Part shown: positions 8,451 through 17,538 of the stretch, one piece after another
Layout: each line of letters begins with the position of its first letter
How positions within the stretch are numbered: position 1 is the stretch's first letter
From: Candidatus Delongbacteria bacterium
GTDB lineage: Bacteria; UBA4055
Length of the DNA: 31,518 bases
Assembly: GCA_046482655.1 (NCBI GenBank)
Contig: JAWOER010000037.1
Coordinates: 1 to 31,518, forward strand
Direction: 5' to 3'
Program-made: the position numbers and the translations under genes
Notes under the pieces: model-generated
What the model was told of the DNA's origin: nothing
What the model saw: only the letters and a program-made list of their open reading frames with translations
Databases searched by the model: none

Positions 8451-9431
8451 TTGATGGAAAAGACTTTAATTTTTCTCCAAACAGAGAATACACTAATACT
8501 TCTCATTTTTTTTATTGCAGGACTATACTTATTGTTAAAAGGCGGTGACGGTCTTATTAAAGGCTCAGCTTCTTTATCCGCCTCGTATAATATCGATCCG
8601 TTCGCTATTGGCCTTACTGTTGTTGCTTTTGGGACTTCGCTGCCTGAATTTTTTGTCAGTTTTATTTCAAATATAACAGAAAGAGGTGATATCGGGATCG
8701 GTAATATTCTCGGAAGCAATATTGCCAATATAGCACTCGTACTTGGAACCGGTGCGCTTCTTGCCCCCATTATGGTAAAGAGGATCACTTTAAAACTGGA
8801 TATACCCATTATATTTTCAGTATCTTTAATTTTTTATCTTTTTATGCTGGATAAAGAAATATCAAGAGTTGACGGTATTGTTCTTTCCTCCATGTTCATT
8901 GTCTATATTTATTATGTTTACAGGAGGGCTAAGATATTCGATGAAAAACTGCTTGAAGACGAGATCGATACAGAAAGCAGCAGGCTGAAGGACGCGATGC
9001 TTATTCTTTTGGGTATAGCAGGATTGTATATAGGCTCAGATCTTACGATTCGCGGAGCTTCAGGGATCGCAAGGACACTAGGGGTAGGGGAATTAGCAAT
9101 AGGTCTGACCGTCGTTTCTGTGGGAACTTCACTGCCTGAACTTGTGGCTACACTTTCAGCATTAAAATCAGATAACCATCAGATAGGCGTGGGAAATATT
9201 ATCGGTTCAAATGTTTTTAATATTCTTTTTGTAATGGGACTGAGTTCTATTGCAAAACCATTTGCGGTACATCCCCACAATCTGATCTACTGGGGTCCTG
9301 CCATGCTTATTTTTACCCTGATACTTTTTCCTCTCGGATGGAAGAACAGCAGAATTTCCAGAAAATCGGGTTCGTTTTTGCTGCTGCTGTATGTTATTTA
9401 CACAGCATTTACTTTTCTTATAAAGAATTAA
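8451..9431 (+). CDS. Calcium/sodium antiporter (CaCA family, YrbG-like)
   Basis: Two alpha repeats (GLTVVAFGTSLPE...GNILGSNIAN and GLTVVSVGTSLPE...GNIIGSNVFN); about 10 TM segments. Confidence 0.95.
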   Translation: MMEKTLIFLQTENTLILLIFFIAGLYLLLKGGDGLIKGSASLSASYNIDPFAIGLTVVAFGTSLPEFFVSFISNITERGDIGIGNILGSNIANIALVLGTGALLAPIMVKRITLKLDIPIIFSVSLIFYLFMLDKEISRVDGIVLSSMFIVYIYYVYRRAKIFDEKLLEDEIDTESSRLKDAMLILLGIAGLYIGSDLTIRGASGIARTLGVGELAIGLTVVSVGTSLPELVATLSALKSDNHQIGVGNIIGSNVFNILFVMGLSSIAKPFAVHPHNLIYWGPAMLIFTLILFPLGWKNSRISRKSGSFLLLLYVIYTAFTFLIKN

Positions 9432-9453
9432 TGCGGCATTATTAAATTTTTTG

Positions 9454-9483
9454 TTGTGATTTTACTTTAAAATAAGTATATTT
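9454..9483 (+). promoter_or_regulatory. Putative promoter for DUF2158-panD
   Basis: TTGTGA-18 nt-TATATT. Confidence 0.45.
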
Positions 9484-9540
9484 AATGTAAGGTGTTTAAA
9501 ATAAGAGAGCGAATAATATAAAAAAACGGAGCTGAAGAAT

Positions 9541-9765
9541 ATGGCAAAATTTAAAAAGGGAAAGATCGTCAGATTAAAATCAGGCGGACCGGACATGACT
9601 GTCAAAACAGTAATAGGAGAAGAAAAAAAGATGCCTTTTACCATGATAGACGATGCATGGAGATCAAAAGGTCTCAAGGACGGGGATGTTATCTGCGTAT
9701 GGTTTGAAGGTAATACATCAAAAGAAGACGGTTTTGATGTTGAATTACTGGAACTTGTTAAATAA
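9541..9765 (+). CDS. Small YodC/DUF2158 family protein
   Basis: [18 protein letters not shown]...VICVWFEG...FDVELLELV; SD GGAG upstream. Confidence 0.85.
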   Translation: MAKFKKGKIVRLKSGGPDMTVKTVIGEEKKMPFTMIDDAWRSKGLKDGDVICVWFEGNTSKEDGFDVELLELVK

Positions 9766-9791
9766 AATTATTTTCGGAGTTGACAGCTAAA

Positions 9792-10148
9792 ATGCTCAGA
9801 AAGATGAAGAAATCCAAAATACACAGAGCCACGGTAACTGATGCAAATTTAAATTACGAGGGCAGTATAAGTATAGATAAAGATATTCTTGAGGCAGCGG
9901 ATATACTGACAGGGGAACAGGTGCAGATCGTTAATATAAACAACGGGTCCAGAGCGGAAACATATACCATAGAAGGCGAAAGAGGTACCGGAACAGTTTG
10001 TATGAACGGTGCTATTGCACGACTTGCTCAACCCGGAGATGTCATCATTATTATTAGCTATGCTTATTATAGCGAGGATGAGCTAAAAAAATTCGAGAGT
10101 ACAAATATTAAAGTTGATGCACACAATAAAATTTCAGAAGTGTACTGA
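9792..10148 (+). CDS. panD: Aspartate 1-decarboxylase proenzyme
   Basis: [16 protein letters not shown]|SISID autocleavage site, RAETYTI, MNGAIAR. ATG at 9792 places Gly24-Ser25 at the canonical numbering. Confidence 0.96.
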   Translation: MLRKMKKSKIHRATVTDANLNYEGSISIDKDILEAADILTGEQVQIVNINNGSRAETYTIEGERGTGTVCMNGAIARLAQPGDVIIIISYAYYSEDELKKFESTNIKVDAHNKISEVY

Positions 10149-10169
10149 AGACAGGCAAGAGATATAAAT

Positions 10170-10199
10170 AAAAGAAGCCGGAAAATTCCGGCTTCTTTT
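10170..10199. terminator. Bidirectional intrinsic terminator between convergent panD and purA
   Basis: Perfect inverted repeat AAAAGAAGCCGG-aaaatt-CCGGCTTCTTTT. Confidence 0.88.
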
Positions 10200-11472
10200 A
10201 TTTGAAGATCGACTGGTTCCGTTCGGGGCCGACGGAAATAATTTCTGCAGGGACACCAACAGTATTTTCAATAAATTCGATGTATCTCTTTGCATTTTCT
10301 GGTAATTCTTCATAGGATTTGACATCCGTTATATCCTCTTTCCATCCTTCAAGTTCCTTATATACGGGCACACAGTCTTTGAGTATATTGGAAAGAGGAG
10401 TAAACCTGTCCATGAGTTTATTGTTGTGCTTATATGCTACACAAACCTTGATCTTTTCCATTCCACCCAAAACATCGATCTTGGTTAATGCAAGTGATGA
10501 GATCCCGTTTATTCTAACGGAATATTTTGCAATAAGAGCATCAAAATAGCCGCATCTCCGGCTTCGGCTTGTGGTTGCTCCGATCTCATTCCCCTTTGAC
10601 GCAAGATATGCCCCGCATTCATCGGAGAGTTCTGTGACAAAGGGGCCGTTGCCCACCCTGGTTGTGTATGCTTTCATTACGCCGAGCACTTTATCGATCT
10701 GTGTGGGGCTTATGCCGGTTCCTGTGCAGGCACCTCCGCTGACAGTATTCGACGAAGTTACGAACGGATATGTACCGTGATCGATGTCAAGTAAAGTTCC
10801 CTGGGCCCCCTCAAAAAGTATAGATCGCCTATTACTGATCGCTTCTTCGATAATTATCGAAATGTCTGCAACATAATCTTTTACGATCTCGAATTTGTTG
10901 AGACAGAGATTATATATTTCTTCATAATCGAATTTATTTTCTTCTCCGTACATTGATGCAAATAGCTGATTTTTGATCCTGATGTTCTCTTTTAATAGTA
11001 CAGGGAAATATTCCCGGTCCAGAATATCAGCAATTCTGATACCGCATCTTGAGATTTTATCCTGGTAGGCCGGACCGATACCTTTAAAAGTCGTACCGAT
11101 TTTATGATCTCTGTTCATTTCCATGTATTTATCGGTTTCTTTGTGGTAGGGCATTACAACATGAGCCAAAGGGCTTATAAAAAGCCGTCCTTCCGGATCT
11201 ATCCCGCCTTCGCGCAGTTCTGCGAGTTCTGTGATAAAAGACTCAAAATCAAATACTACTCCATTCCCGATGCAAGAAACAGTTTTTTTGTTTAAAATTC
11301 CGGATGGTATCATGTGCAGGACAAACTTTTTGTCATTTATCTTTACAGTATGCCCGGCGTTCGCACCGCCCTGGTATCTGATGACAATATCCGATCTTGA
11401 GCTTAACAGATCAATAATTTTACCTTTTCCCTCATCACCCCACTGGGCTCCGACGGCGATCGTAGTACTCAA
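10198..11472 (-). CDS. purA: Adenylosuccinate synthetase
   Basis: GAQWGDEGKGK, GGANAGHT, FEGAQGTLLDIDHGTYPFVTSS, IISVGPER; TTG start with SD GAGG. Confidence 0.98.
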   Translation of the reverse strand: MSTTIAVGAQWGDEGKGKIIDLLSSRSDIVIRYQGGANAGHTVKINDKKFVLHMIPSGILNKKTVSCIGNGVVFDFESFITELAELREGGIDPEGRLFISPLAHVVMPYHKETDKYMEMNRDHKIGTTFKGIGPAYQDKISRCGIRIADILDREYFPVLLKENIRIKNQLFASMYGEENKFDYEEIYNLCLNKFEIVKDYVADISIIIEEAISNRRSILFEGAQGTLLDIDHGTYPFVTSSNTVSGGACTGTGISPTQIDKVLGVMKAYTTRVGNGPFVTELSDECGAYLASKGNEIGATTSRSRRCGYFDALIAKYSVRINGISSLALTKIDVLGGMEKIKVCVAYKHNNKLMDRFTPLSNILKDCVPVYKELEGWKEDITDVKSYEELPENAKRYIEFIENTVGVPAEIISVGPERNQSIFK

Positions 11473-11489
11473 TTTGACCTCAAAATTAT

Positions 11490-12431
11490 TTAAGCTTTTG
11501 AAAGACTTCTTTTCTTCAATTTTTTATACTCCCAGAATATCAGAACAGGAGCCGCAATGAATATCGAAGAATATGTTCCGACAATAACACCTATCAGAAG
11601 CGTGGTTGAAAGATCCCTTATCACCTCTCCTCCAAAAAGGAATAGAATAAGGACAACGAGCAGCGTGCTCAAAGAAGTCAATATTGTTCTTTTAAGGGTT
11701 TCATTTATTGAAACATTTACGAGTTTATCAAACTCCATACCTTCGAGTTTCTTTATATTTTCTCTGATCCTGTCAAAAACAACTATGGTGTCGTTCAGCG
11801 AGTAACCGACTATTGTGAGGACCGCGGCAATAACAGAAAGTGATATCTCGATCTCAAAGAAAATTCCCAGTATAGACAACATTCCGACAGTGACAAGTAC
11901 ATCGTGGAAAAGTGCGGCGATGGCAGCTATTCCAAAACGGAAACGGAACTTGATGGTAATATAGAGCAGGATAAAGAAAAGAGCCCATAGAATAGCTTTT
12001 ACGGTCGAGATCTTCAACTCGTCGCCGACTTTGGGACCTATGCTGGAAGATTGTCTTATAACATACGATTCCTGCCCGAATTCCCGGTCCAGGACACCGA
12101 TGACATTTTTCTCTATCGCTTCGATGTTATCCTCGGGTGACTTGACCTTAAGTATAACCTCTGTCTCAAATTCAGTCATAGCTGTATTGATATCACCGAA
12201 CTCCTGTATTTCCACACCTTTGATCTCACTTTGAGAAAAGACGGATCTGAGTTGGGAAATATCAACTGATTTATAGAACCCGGCATGTATCAAATATCCG
12301 CCGCTGAACTCAATATTATAGTTCAGTCCGCCTTGAGACACCACAGAAATAATACCGGCGACGATTATAATTGCGGATATCAACAGACTTGTTTTGATTT
12401 TTCCAATAAAATTGACTCTATTCTTTGCCAT
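11490..12431 (-). CDS. secF: Protein translocase subunit SecF
   Basis: GLNYNIEFSGG, IGPKVGDEL, GYSLNDTIVVFDRIRE, LKRTILTS; six TM segments. Confidence 0.96.
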   Translation of the reverse strand: MAKNRVNFIGKIKTSLLISAIIIVAGIISVVSQGGLNYNIEFSGGYLIHAGFYKSVDISQLRSVFSQSEIKGVEIQEFGDINTAMTEFETEVILKVKSPEDNIEAIEKNVIGVLDREFGQESYVIRQSSSIGPKVGDELKISTVKAILWALFFILLYITIKFRFRFGIAAIAALFHDVLVTVGMLSILGIFFEIEISLSVIAAVLTIVGYSLNDTIVVFDRIRENIKKLEGMEFDKLVNVSINETLKRTILTSLSTLLVVLILFLFGGEVIRDLSTTLLIGVIVGTYSSIFIAAPVLIFWEYKKLKKRSLSKA

Positions 12432-12454
12432 TTTTCGCTCCTTTGGTCTTCAAG

Positions 12455-14482
12455 CTATATACTCATCTTTTTTGATTTACTGTTTATGTATAGATCGCTG
12501 AACAGTCTTGTAACTATTACAGCAGTATACATACTCCAAAGTATGCCGATCATAAGAGTAAGCGCAAAACCTCTGACCGGACCTGTACCGAACTGATAAA
12601 GTGTAATACCTGCAATAAATGTCGTTATATTAGAATCGAATATCGTGGTAAAGGCTCTTTCGTATCCTGAATTTATTGCAGTCAGAATAGTGTTCCTTTC
12701 CACTATTTCCTCTTTTATTCTTTCAAAGATTATTATATTCGCATCGACCGCCATACCGATCGTCAGGATGATACCTGCGATTCCGGGAAGTGTCAGCGTT
12801 CCCCCAAAAGCACTCAGAGAGGCAAGGGTGAAAATAAAATTGAGCATGATCGCAATAACTGCGAACAGACCGCTCAATTTGTAAAAGGCTATTATGAAAA
12901 CGACAACAAGTAAAAAACCAATAACGGCTGAAGTCACACCTTTTTCTATAGAATCTGCTCCCAGTGAAGGTCCTATCGTTCTTTTTTCCATTATTTCAAG
13001 AGGGGCTTCGAGAGCTCCGGCCTTCAAAACGATAGCAAGATCCTGGGCCTCTTCCGGTGTTGATCTCCCCAGAGTTATTACGCCCCGACCGTTGGGTATG
13101 CGGTTTTGAATATTGGGAGCCATATAAAGTTTGTTATCGAGAATTATGGCCAGTCTCCTGCCTACATTCTTACCTGTAACCTCAGAAAATATACGGCCTC
13201 CCTCTTTGTTGAGTTCAAAAGGCACTTCCCATCCGCCTGTGGAAGACGAGCCGCCTGCCATAGAAGCATTTGCATTAACTATTGATGTTCCGTCCAGTGC
13301 CGCTTTGCTTTCTACAAGAACCAGCTCATAATAAGTTTCATTATTAAAAATATCAGGTTTATTTTTCCACACAAATTCATAGTTCCCCAAAATCTTTCTG
13401 ACTTTGCTCTTTCGAAGGATCTCAATGACTTTTATTCTGTTGGCTTCCCTGACATATATTTCTCCGCCTCTGCCCGATTCTAAAAGTGATCTAAAAGAAT
13501 CCTCTTTCGGCGTTTTATCGTCATCTTCAGCTTCCACAGTGCTTTCGTCCTGATCTTCAAAAAGTTCTGACGGGTCTTGTGCGTCTGAACCCGTATCTTC
13601 CTCTGCTTCCTCATTATCGGCATTGTCAGAAATATCTTTATCAAAAAGTTCTGATGTTTCGGATAAGGGGTCATCCTCTTTAGAAACTATAAGATCGATC
13701 TCGTCAAGTTTCTGTTTTACAACATCATCCTCCGCAACCAGTTTGAATTCCAGGAAAGCGGCTTGGTTCACAAGGTTAGCTGCTCTTTCTTCGTCCTTTA
13801 CTCCGGGCAGCTCGACTATTATTCTGTGTTTACCGCGTTTTTGTATGGAAGGTTCAGCGATACCGAACTGATCGATACGGTTCCTTAATATTTCCAGCGT
13901 GGTGGATATTCCGGTCTGCGCGTCCTCCTTCAAAGATTCTATGATCTTTTGGTCAGATTCATTTTCCAAACCAAAATATTCATTCATAGATATATCCTCT
14001 TCAGAAAAAGCTTTGCGAATTTCTTCAAAATAGATATCCTTATCATTTTCCGATCTTCTTTTGGCTTTAATCAAAAGATCTTCGAGAGTACTGTCTTTTC
14101 TCTTTGCCTTGTTCTTAAGAAGCTGTTCATAGTCTATTTCCAAAACAAGATGCATTCCGCCCTGCAGGTCAAGACCAAGCTTTAGACTTTTAAGATTATT
14201 TTTTTCAAATCTGTCGAGTTTTGATATTTCTTCGGGATCCAGGGACAGATATTCAGGATCATCTCCCAGTTCATCGATCAGATTTCTTTCCAGGACGGTA
14301 AGTTCTTCTCCCGTGTCCATTTTGTCCAGAGCTTTGATCAGATCGCTTTTTAGTTTTATCTTTTCTATTATGTCCCTCTCAGAAGAAAAGTATGTTTGGT
14401 AAGTAGGGATCAAAGAATAGATCGCCAACGACAACAGTATGGCAAAAATGATCCATCTGATCAAATTATTCCTTTCTTTCAT
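12455..14482 (-). CDS. secD: Protein translocase subunit SecD
   Basis: LKLGLDLQGGMHLVLE, LRNRIDQFGIAEP, GRRLAIILD, IGPSLGADSI, IGMAVDANIIIFERIKEE. Confidence 0.97.
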   Translation of the reverse strand: MKERNNLIRWIIFAILLSLAIYSLIPTYQTYFSSERDIIEKIKLKSDLIKALDKMDTGEELTVLERNLIDELGDDPEYLSLDPEEISKLDRFEKNNLKSLKLGLDLQGGMHLVLEIDYEQLLKNKAKRKDSTLEDLLIKAKRRSENDKDIYFEEIRKAFSEEDISMNEYFGLENESDQKIIESLKEDAQTGISTTLEILRNRIDQFGIAEPSIQKRGKHRIIVELPGVKDEERAANLVNQAAFLEFKLVAEDDVVKQKLDEIDLIVSKEDDPLSETSELFDKDISDNADNEEAEEDTGSDAQDPSELFEDQDESTVEAEDDDKTPKEDSFRSLLESGRGGEIYVREANRIKVIEILRKSKVRKILGNYEFVWKNKPDIFNNETYYELVLVESKAALDGTSIVNANASMAGGSSSTGGWEVPFELNKEGGRIFSEVTGKNVGRRLAIILDNKLYMAPNIQNRIPNGRGVITLGRSTPEEAQDLAIVLKAGALEAPLEIMEKRTIGPSLGADSIEKGVTSAVIGFLLVVVFIIAFYKLSGLFAVIAIMLNFIFTLASLSAFGGTLTLPGIAGIILTIGMAVDANIIIFERIKEEIVERNTILTAINSGYERAFTTIFDSNITTFIAGITLYQFGTGPVRGFALTLMIGILWSMYTAVIVTRLFSDLYINSKSKKMSI

Positions 14483-14572
14483 AAAACGCTAAACCTCCAT
14501 TCTAGGTAAAAACATCTTCATTAACATTAATAAATCCGGCTCAGAAAATTATCTCTGATTTCCGAAACGGTA

Positions 14573-14601
14573 AATATAATCTTAAGCCTTTCGATTGTCA
14601 A
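14573..14601 (-). promoter_or_regulatory. Putative promoter of secD-secF-purA
   Basis: On the minus strand TTGACA-17 nt-TATATT. Confidence 0.75.
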
Positions 14602-14636
14602 CAGAATTATATTATAAAAAAACAGTAATTTATTAC

Positions 14637-14665
14637 TTGACATCTTTGGAAGAATGAATTAAATT
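14637..14665 (+). promoter_or_regulatory. Putative promoter of rplU-rpmA, divergent from secD
   Basis: TTGACA-17 nt-TAAATT(TGC). Confidence 0.75.
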
Positions 14666-14699
14666 TGCATGCTCGAAACTTAACTACGGAGATGATTTA

Positions 14700-15017
14700 A
14701 TGTATGCTGTGGTCGAAATATCAGGAAAGCAACAGATCGTAAGACCGGACGAGGTTTTAAAAGTCGACAGACTGAATGCGGAAAGCGGCGATGCTGTGGT
14801 CTTGGATAAGGTCCTCGCTTTGGGAGAAGGAAAGGAAATGAACTTTGGTACCCCTTATCTGGAGGGAGCTTCGGTTGTGGTCGAAGTGCTTGAAAACAAA
14901 AAAGACAAAAAGGTAAATGTTTTCAAGAAAAAAAGAAGAAAGCGTTACGAGGTCAAAAAAGGACACAGGCAACATTTGTCTGTCGTCAAAGTAAAAGAAA
15001 TTAAGAATTCTATTTAG
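14700..15017 (+). CDS. rplU: 50S ribosomal protein L21
   Basis: MYAVVEISGKQ, KVNVFKKKRRKRY..KKGHRQ. Confidence 0.97.
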   Translation: MYAVVEISGKQQIVRPDEVLKVDRLNAESGDAVVLDKVLALGEGKEMNFGTPYLEGASVVVEVLENKKDKKVNVFKKKRRKRYEVKKGHRQHLSVVKVKEIKNSI

Positions 15018-15029
15018 TAGAGGTTTAAA

Positions 15030-15281
15030 ATGGCTCACAAGAAAGGTGTCGGAAGTTCTAGGAATGGAAGGGACAGTAATCCCCAGATGCTCGGCGTCAA
15101 GCTCTATGGCGGTCAGTTCGCCAAGGCCGGATCTATCATTGTAAGGCAAAGAGGGACCAAGTTCCATCCCGGATTGAATGTCGGTGTCGGCAATGATTAT
15201 ACTCTTTATGCTCTTGAGTCCGGTAAAGTCAGATTTTTTACCAGGGCAAAGGGCAGAAAGTTTGTGACTGTGGAAAAATAG
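15030..15281 (+). CDS. rpmA: 50S ribosomal protein L27
   Basis: [39 protein letters not shown]. Confidence 0.98.
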   Translation: MAHKKGVGSSRNGRDSNPQMLGVKLYGGQFAKAGSIIVRQRGTKFHPGLNVGVGNDYTLYALESGKVRFFTRAKGRKFVTVEK

Positions 15282-15305
15282 TACCTTTCATAGAATAATA
15301 GTTGC

Positions 15306-15336
15306 AAAAGTCTTAACCGCGGTTGAGACTTTTTTT
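15306..15336 (+). terminator. Intrinsic terminator after rpmA
   Basis: AAAAGTCTTAAC-cgcg-GTTGAGACTTTTTTT stem followed by a T tract. Confidence 0.8.
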
Positions 15337-15374
15337 AATTATGGTTCCATAACTTAAAGGCAGGTATAAAATAA

Positions 15375-15842
15375 ATGTCCGACAATTTTCTGAATATCGT
15401 ACTTTACCAACCCGAGATTCCTTATAATACGGGTAATATAGGAAGGTTGTGTGTAGGGATGAACTCTAAATTGCACCTTATAGAACCGCTCGGGTTTAAA
15501 CTCACAGATAAGATGATAAGAAGAGCAGGTCTTGATTACTGGGACAGTCTTGATATTGAGATACATTCTTCGCTGGATGCGTTTTTAGAACTTTATGGGA
15601 ACAAGAGTTTGTATTATGCATCCACAAAAGCAAAAAGGTCATACTATTGCGCACGCTACTCCGAAGGCGATTATATAATCTTCGGCAAAGAATCCGCCGG
15701 ACTCCCCGGGATAATACATAAGAATTATTCAGATGCGGGCATCCGCATACCCATGTCTGAGGATATCAGGTCTTTGAATCTGTGCAATTCGGTAGCTTTG
15801 GTCATGTATGAAGCCTATCGACAGTTAAGGTTTTGTAACTAA
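15375..15842 (+). CDS. trmL: tRNA (cytidine/uridine-34 2'-O)-methyltransferase, SPOUT family
   Basis: VLYQPEIPYNTGNIGRLC, LHLIEPLGF, RRAGLDYW, IFGKESAGLP, IRIPM...RSLNL.NSVA. Confidence 0.95.
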   Translation: MSDNFLNIVLYQPEIPYNTGNIGRLCVGMNSKLHLIEPLGFKLTDKMIRRAGLDYWDSLDIEIHSSLDAFLELYGNKSLYYASTKAKRSYYCARYSEGDYIIFGKESAGLPGIIHKNYSDAGIRIPMSEDIRSLNLCNSVALVMYEAYRQLRFCN

Positions 15843-15861
15843 AAAATTAAGAAAAAAAGAC

Positions 15862-15890
15862 TTGTTCATTTGGAAAATAGTATATATATT
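15862..15890 (+). promoter_or_regulatory. Putative promoter of the OmpA-family gene
   Basis: TTGTTC-17 nt-TATATT, about 110 nt upstream of the ATG. Confidence 0.55.
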
Positions 15891-16002
15891 TAATCATTGG
15901 TTCATCCTGACGGCTTTATACACTATTAAGGGAGTTGTATTCGGTCGAAAGGTTTGAGTTATGGATGAATATAATTAAAATAGGTATGCTAAGGAGGATT
16001 AA

Positions 16003-17475
16003 ATGGAAAAAAGGAAGACGGCGTTTAAAGCAACGATAGTCGCAGTTTTGATCTTTTTCACCGCTCTGTCCGGAGAGATAAGAATGAGATCTTTGGATGT
16101 TTCACCCTACATTGGAACATATTTTTACCAGGAAAATCTTTACATAGATCTTAATCATGGTATGAATATGGGCCTTAGGCTTGGGTACAACATAACGGAA
16201 GAATGGGCAGTAGAGACAACATCAGGTTATGTTGCCACCACCACAATGCACGACTACAGAACCCCCGGCGGCAGAACACTTTACAAGGGAACGCATGTAG
16301 ATTTCTGGTTATTTCACTTAGATGCAGTCTACCATCTGTTTCCCGATGAGCTTGTTAATCCCTATATAAGTTTCGGAGGTGGGGCTTATAATATCGATCC
16401 TCAAACATTTGACAGCAATATTGACCCTCTTTTTAATTATGGTTTTGGTGTAAAGTATTCATTATCAGACTGGGCTGCATTCCGCGCAGACTGCCGTCAT
16501 ATAATGTCTGTAAATCAGACGGATGCTTTTGACAGAGCCAGCGAAGATTTGCATCACAACCTTACATTTGATGTGGGAATGACATTCTCCATAGGGGGAA
16601 TAAGACCTGATACCGATGGTGATGGTGTTTACGACAGAAAGGATAAATGTCCGAATACACCTTTAGGCGTAGAAGTTGATATTGACGGCTGTCCTGTAGA
16701 TACGGACGGCGACGGTGTGCCTGATTATTTGGATAAGTGTCCGGATACACCACAAGGCGTAGAAGTTGATGAACACGGTTGTCCTGTAGATACTGACGGT
16801 GACGGTGTGCCTGATTATTTGGACAAATGTCCCGGTACACCGCAGGGTGTAGAAGTTGATGAACACGGTTGTCCTGTAGATACGGACGGTGACGGCGTGG
16901 CAGACTATCTAGATAAGTGTCCGGATACACCGCAGGGAACAGAAGTGGACGAGTATGGCTGTCCTTATCCTGACAGCGATAAAGACGGCGTTTGTGATCC
17001 GTGGGTAAATGAACTCGGCTTATCTGATCTGTACTCAGATATTTGTACCGGAAGCGACAGATGCCCCGACACACCGGAAGGTGATGAGGTTGATGAACAC
17101 GGCTGTACCTACACCAGGATAGTTCTCGAGAAGGATGATAAAATAACACTCGATAATATCTATTTTGAACTCGGCAAGGCAAGTCTTGTGCCGGATTCAT
17201 ACCCGATACTTGATGAGGCAATGAAGATATTTAAAGATAACCCGGGAATAAAGATAGAGATTGAGGGACATACCGACAGCCAGGGTTCAGCCGCATATAA
17301 CAAGGATCTGTCACAACGCAGGGCAGAGACTGTTATGAGATATCTTGTTGAAAATTTGGGTGTTCCTCAGGATCAGCTTACGGCAGTAGGTTACGGTGAG
17401 GAAAGGCCTGTTGCAGATAACAGAACAAAAGAAGGAAGAGCTCGCAACAGAAGAATCGAGTTCAGAGTAAAATAA
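16003..17475 (+). CDS. OmpA-family outer-membrane protein: beta-barrel, TSP3 Ca-binding repeats, peptidoglycan-binding domain
   Basis: Signal peptide, alternating barrel strands, DxDGDGVPDYLDKCP repeats, and EGHTDSQG..YNKDLSQRRA..V...NRRIEF; SD AAGGAGG. Confidence 0.93.
   Translation: MEKRKTAFKATIVAVLIFFTALSGEIRMRSLDVSPYIGTYFYQENLYIDLNHGMNMGLRLGYNITEEWAVETTSGYVATTTMHDYRTPGGRTLYKGTHVDFWLFHLDAVYHLFPDELVNPYISFGGGAYNIDPQTFDSNIDPLFNYGFGVKYSLSDWAAFRADCRHIMSVNQTDAFDRASEDLHHNLTFDVGMTFSIGGIRPDTDGDGVYDRKDKCPNTPLGVEVDIDGCPVDTDGDGVPDYLDKCPDTPQGVEVDEHGCPVDTDGDGVPDYLDKCPGTPQGVEVDEHGCPVDTDGDGVADYLDKCPDTPQGTEVDEYGCPYPDSDKDGVCDPWVNELGLSDLYSDICTGSDRCPDTPEGDEVDEHGCTYTRIVLEKDDKITLDNIYFELGKASLVPDSYPILDEAMKIFKDNPGIKIEIEGHTDSQGSAAYNKDLSQRRAETVMRYLVENLGVPQDQLTAVGYGEERPVADNRTKEGRARNRRIEFRVK
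16609..16968 (+). repeat. Four tandem 90-nt coding repeats (TSP3-like, 30 aa)
   Basis: DTDGDGV[YPA]D[RY][KL]DKCP[NDG]TP[LQ]G[VT]EVD..GCP[VY] four times; units 2 and 3 are nearly identical at DNA level. Confidence 0.93.
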
Positions 17476-17487
17476 CAAACAGAATAC

Positions 17488-17523
17488 AAAAAAAAGGCTA
17501 CAGTCAAATGTAGCCTTTTTTTA
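17488..17523 (+). terminator. Intrinsic terminator after the ompA-family gene
   Basis: AAAAAAAAGGCTACA-gtcaaa-TGTAGCCTTTTTTTT. Confidence 0.88.
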
Positions 17524-17538
17524 TTACGGGGAGAACAG

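Noticed and set aside
16609-16968. 90-nt periodic repeat considered as a CRISPR array
   Set aside because: In-frame coding repeats with synonymous variation, no unique spacers, and no cas genes.
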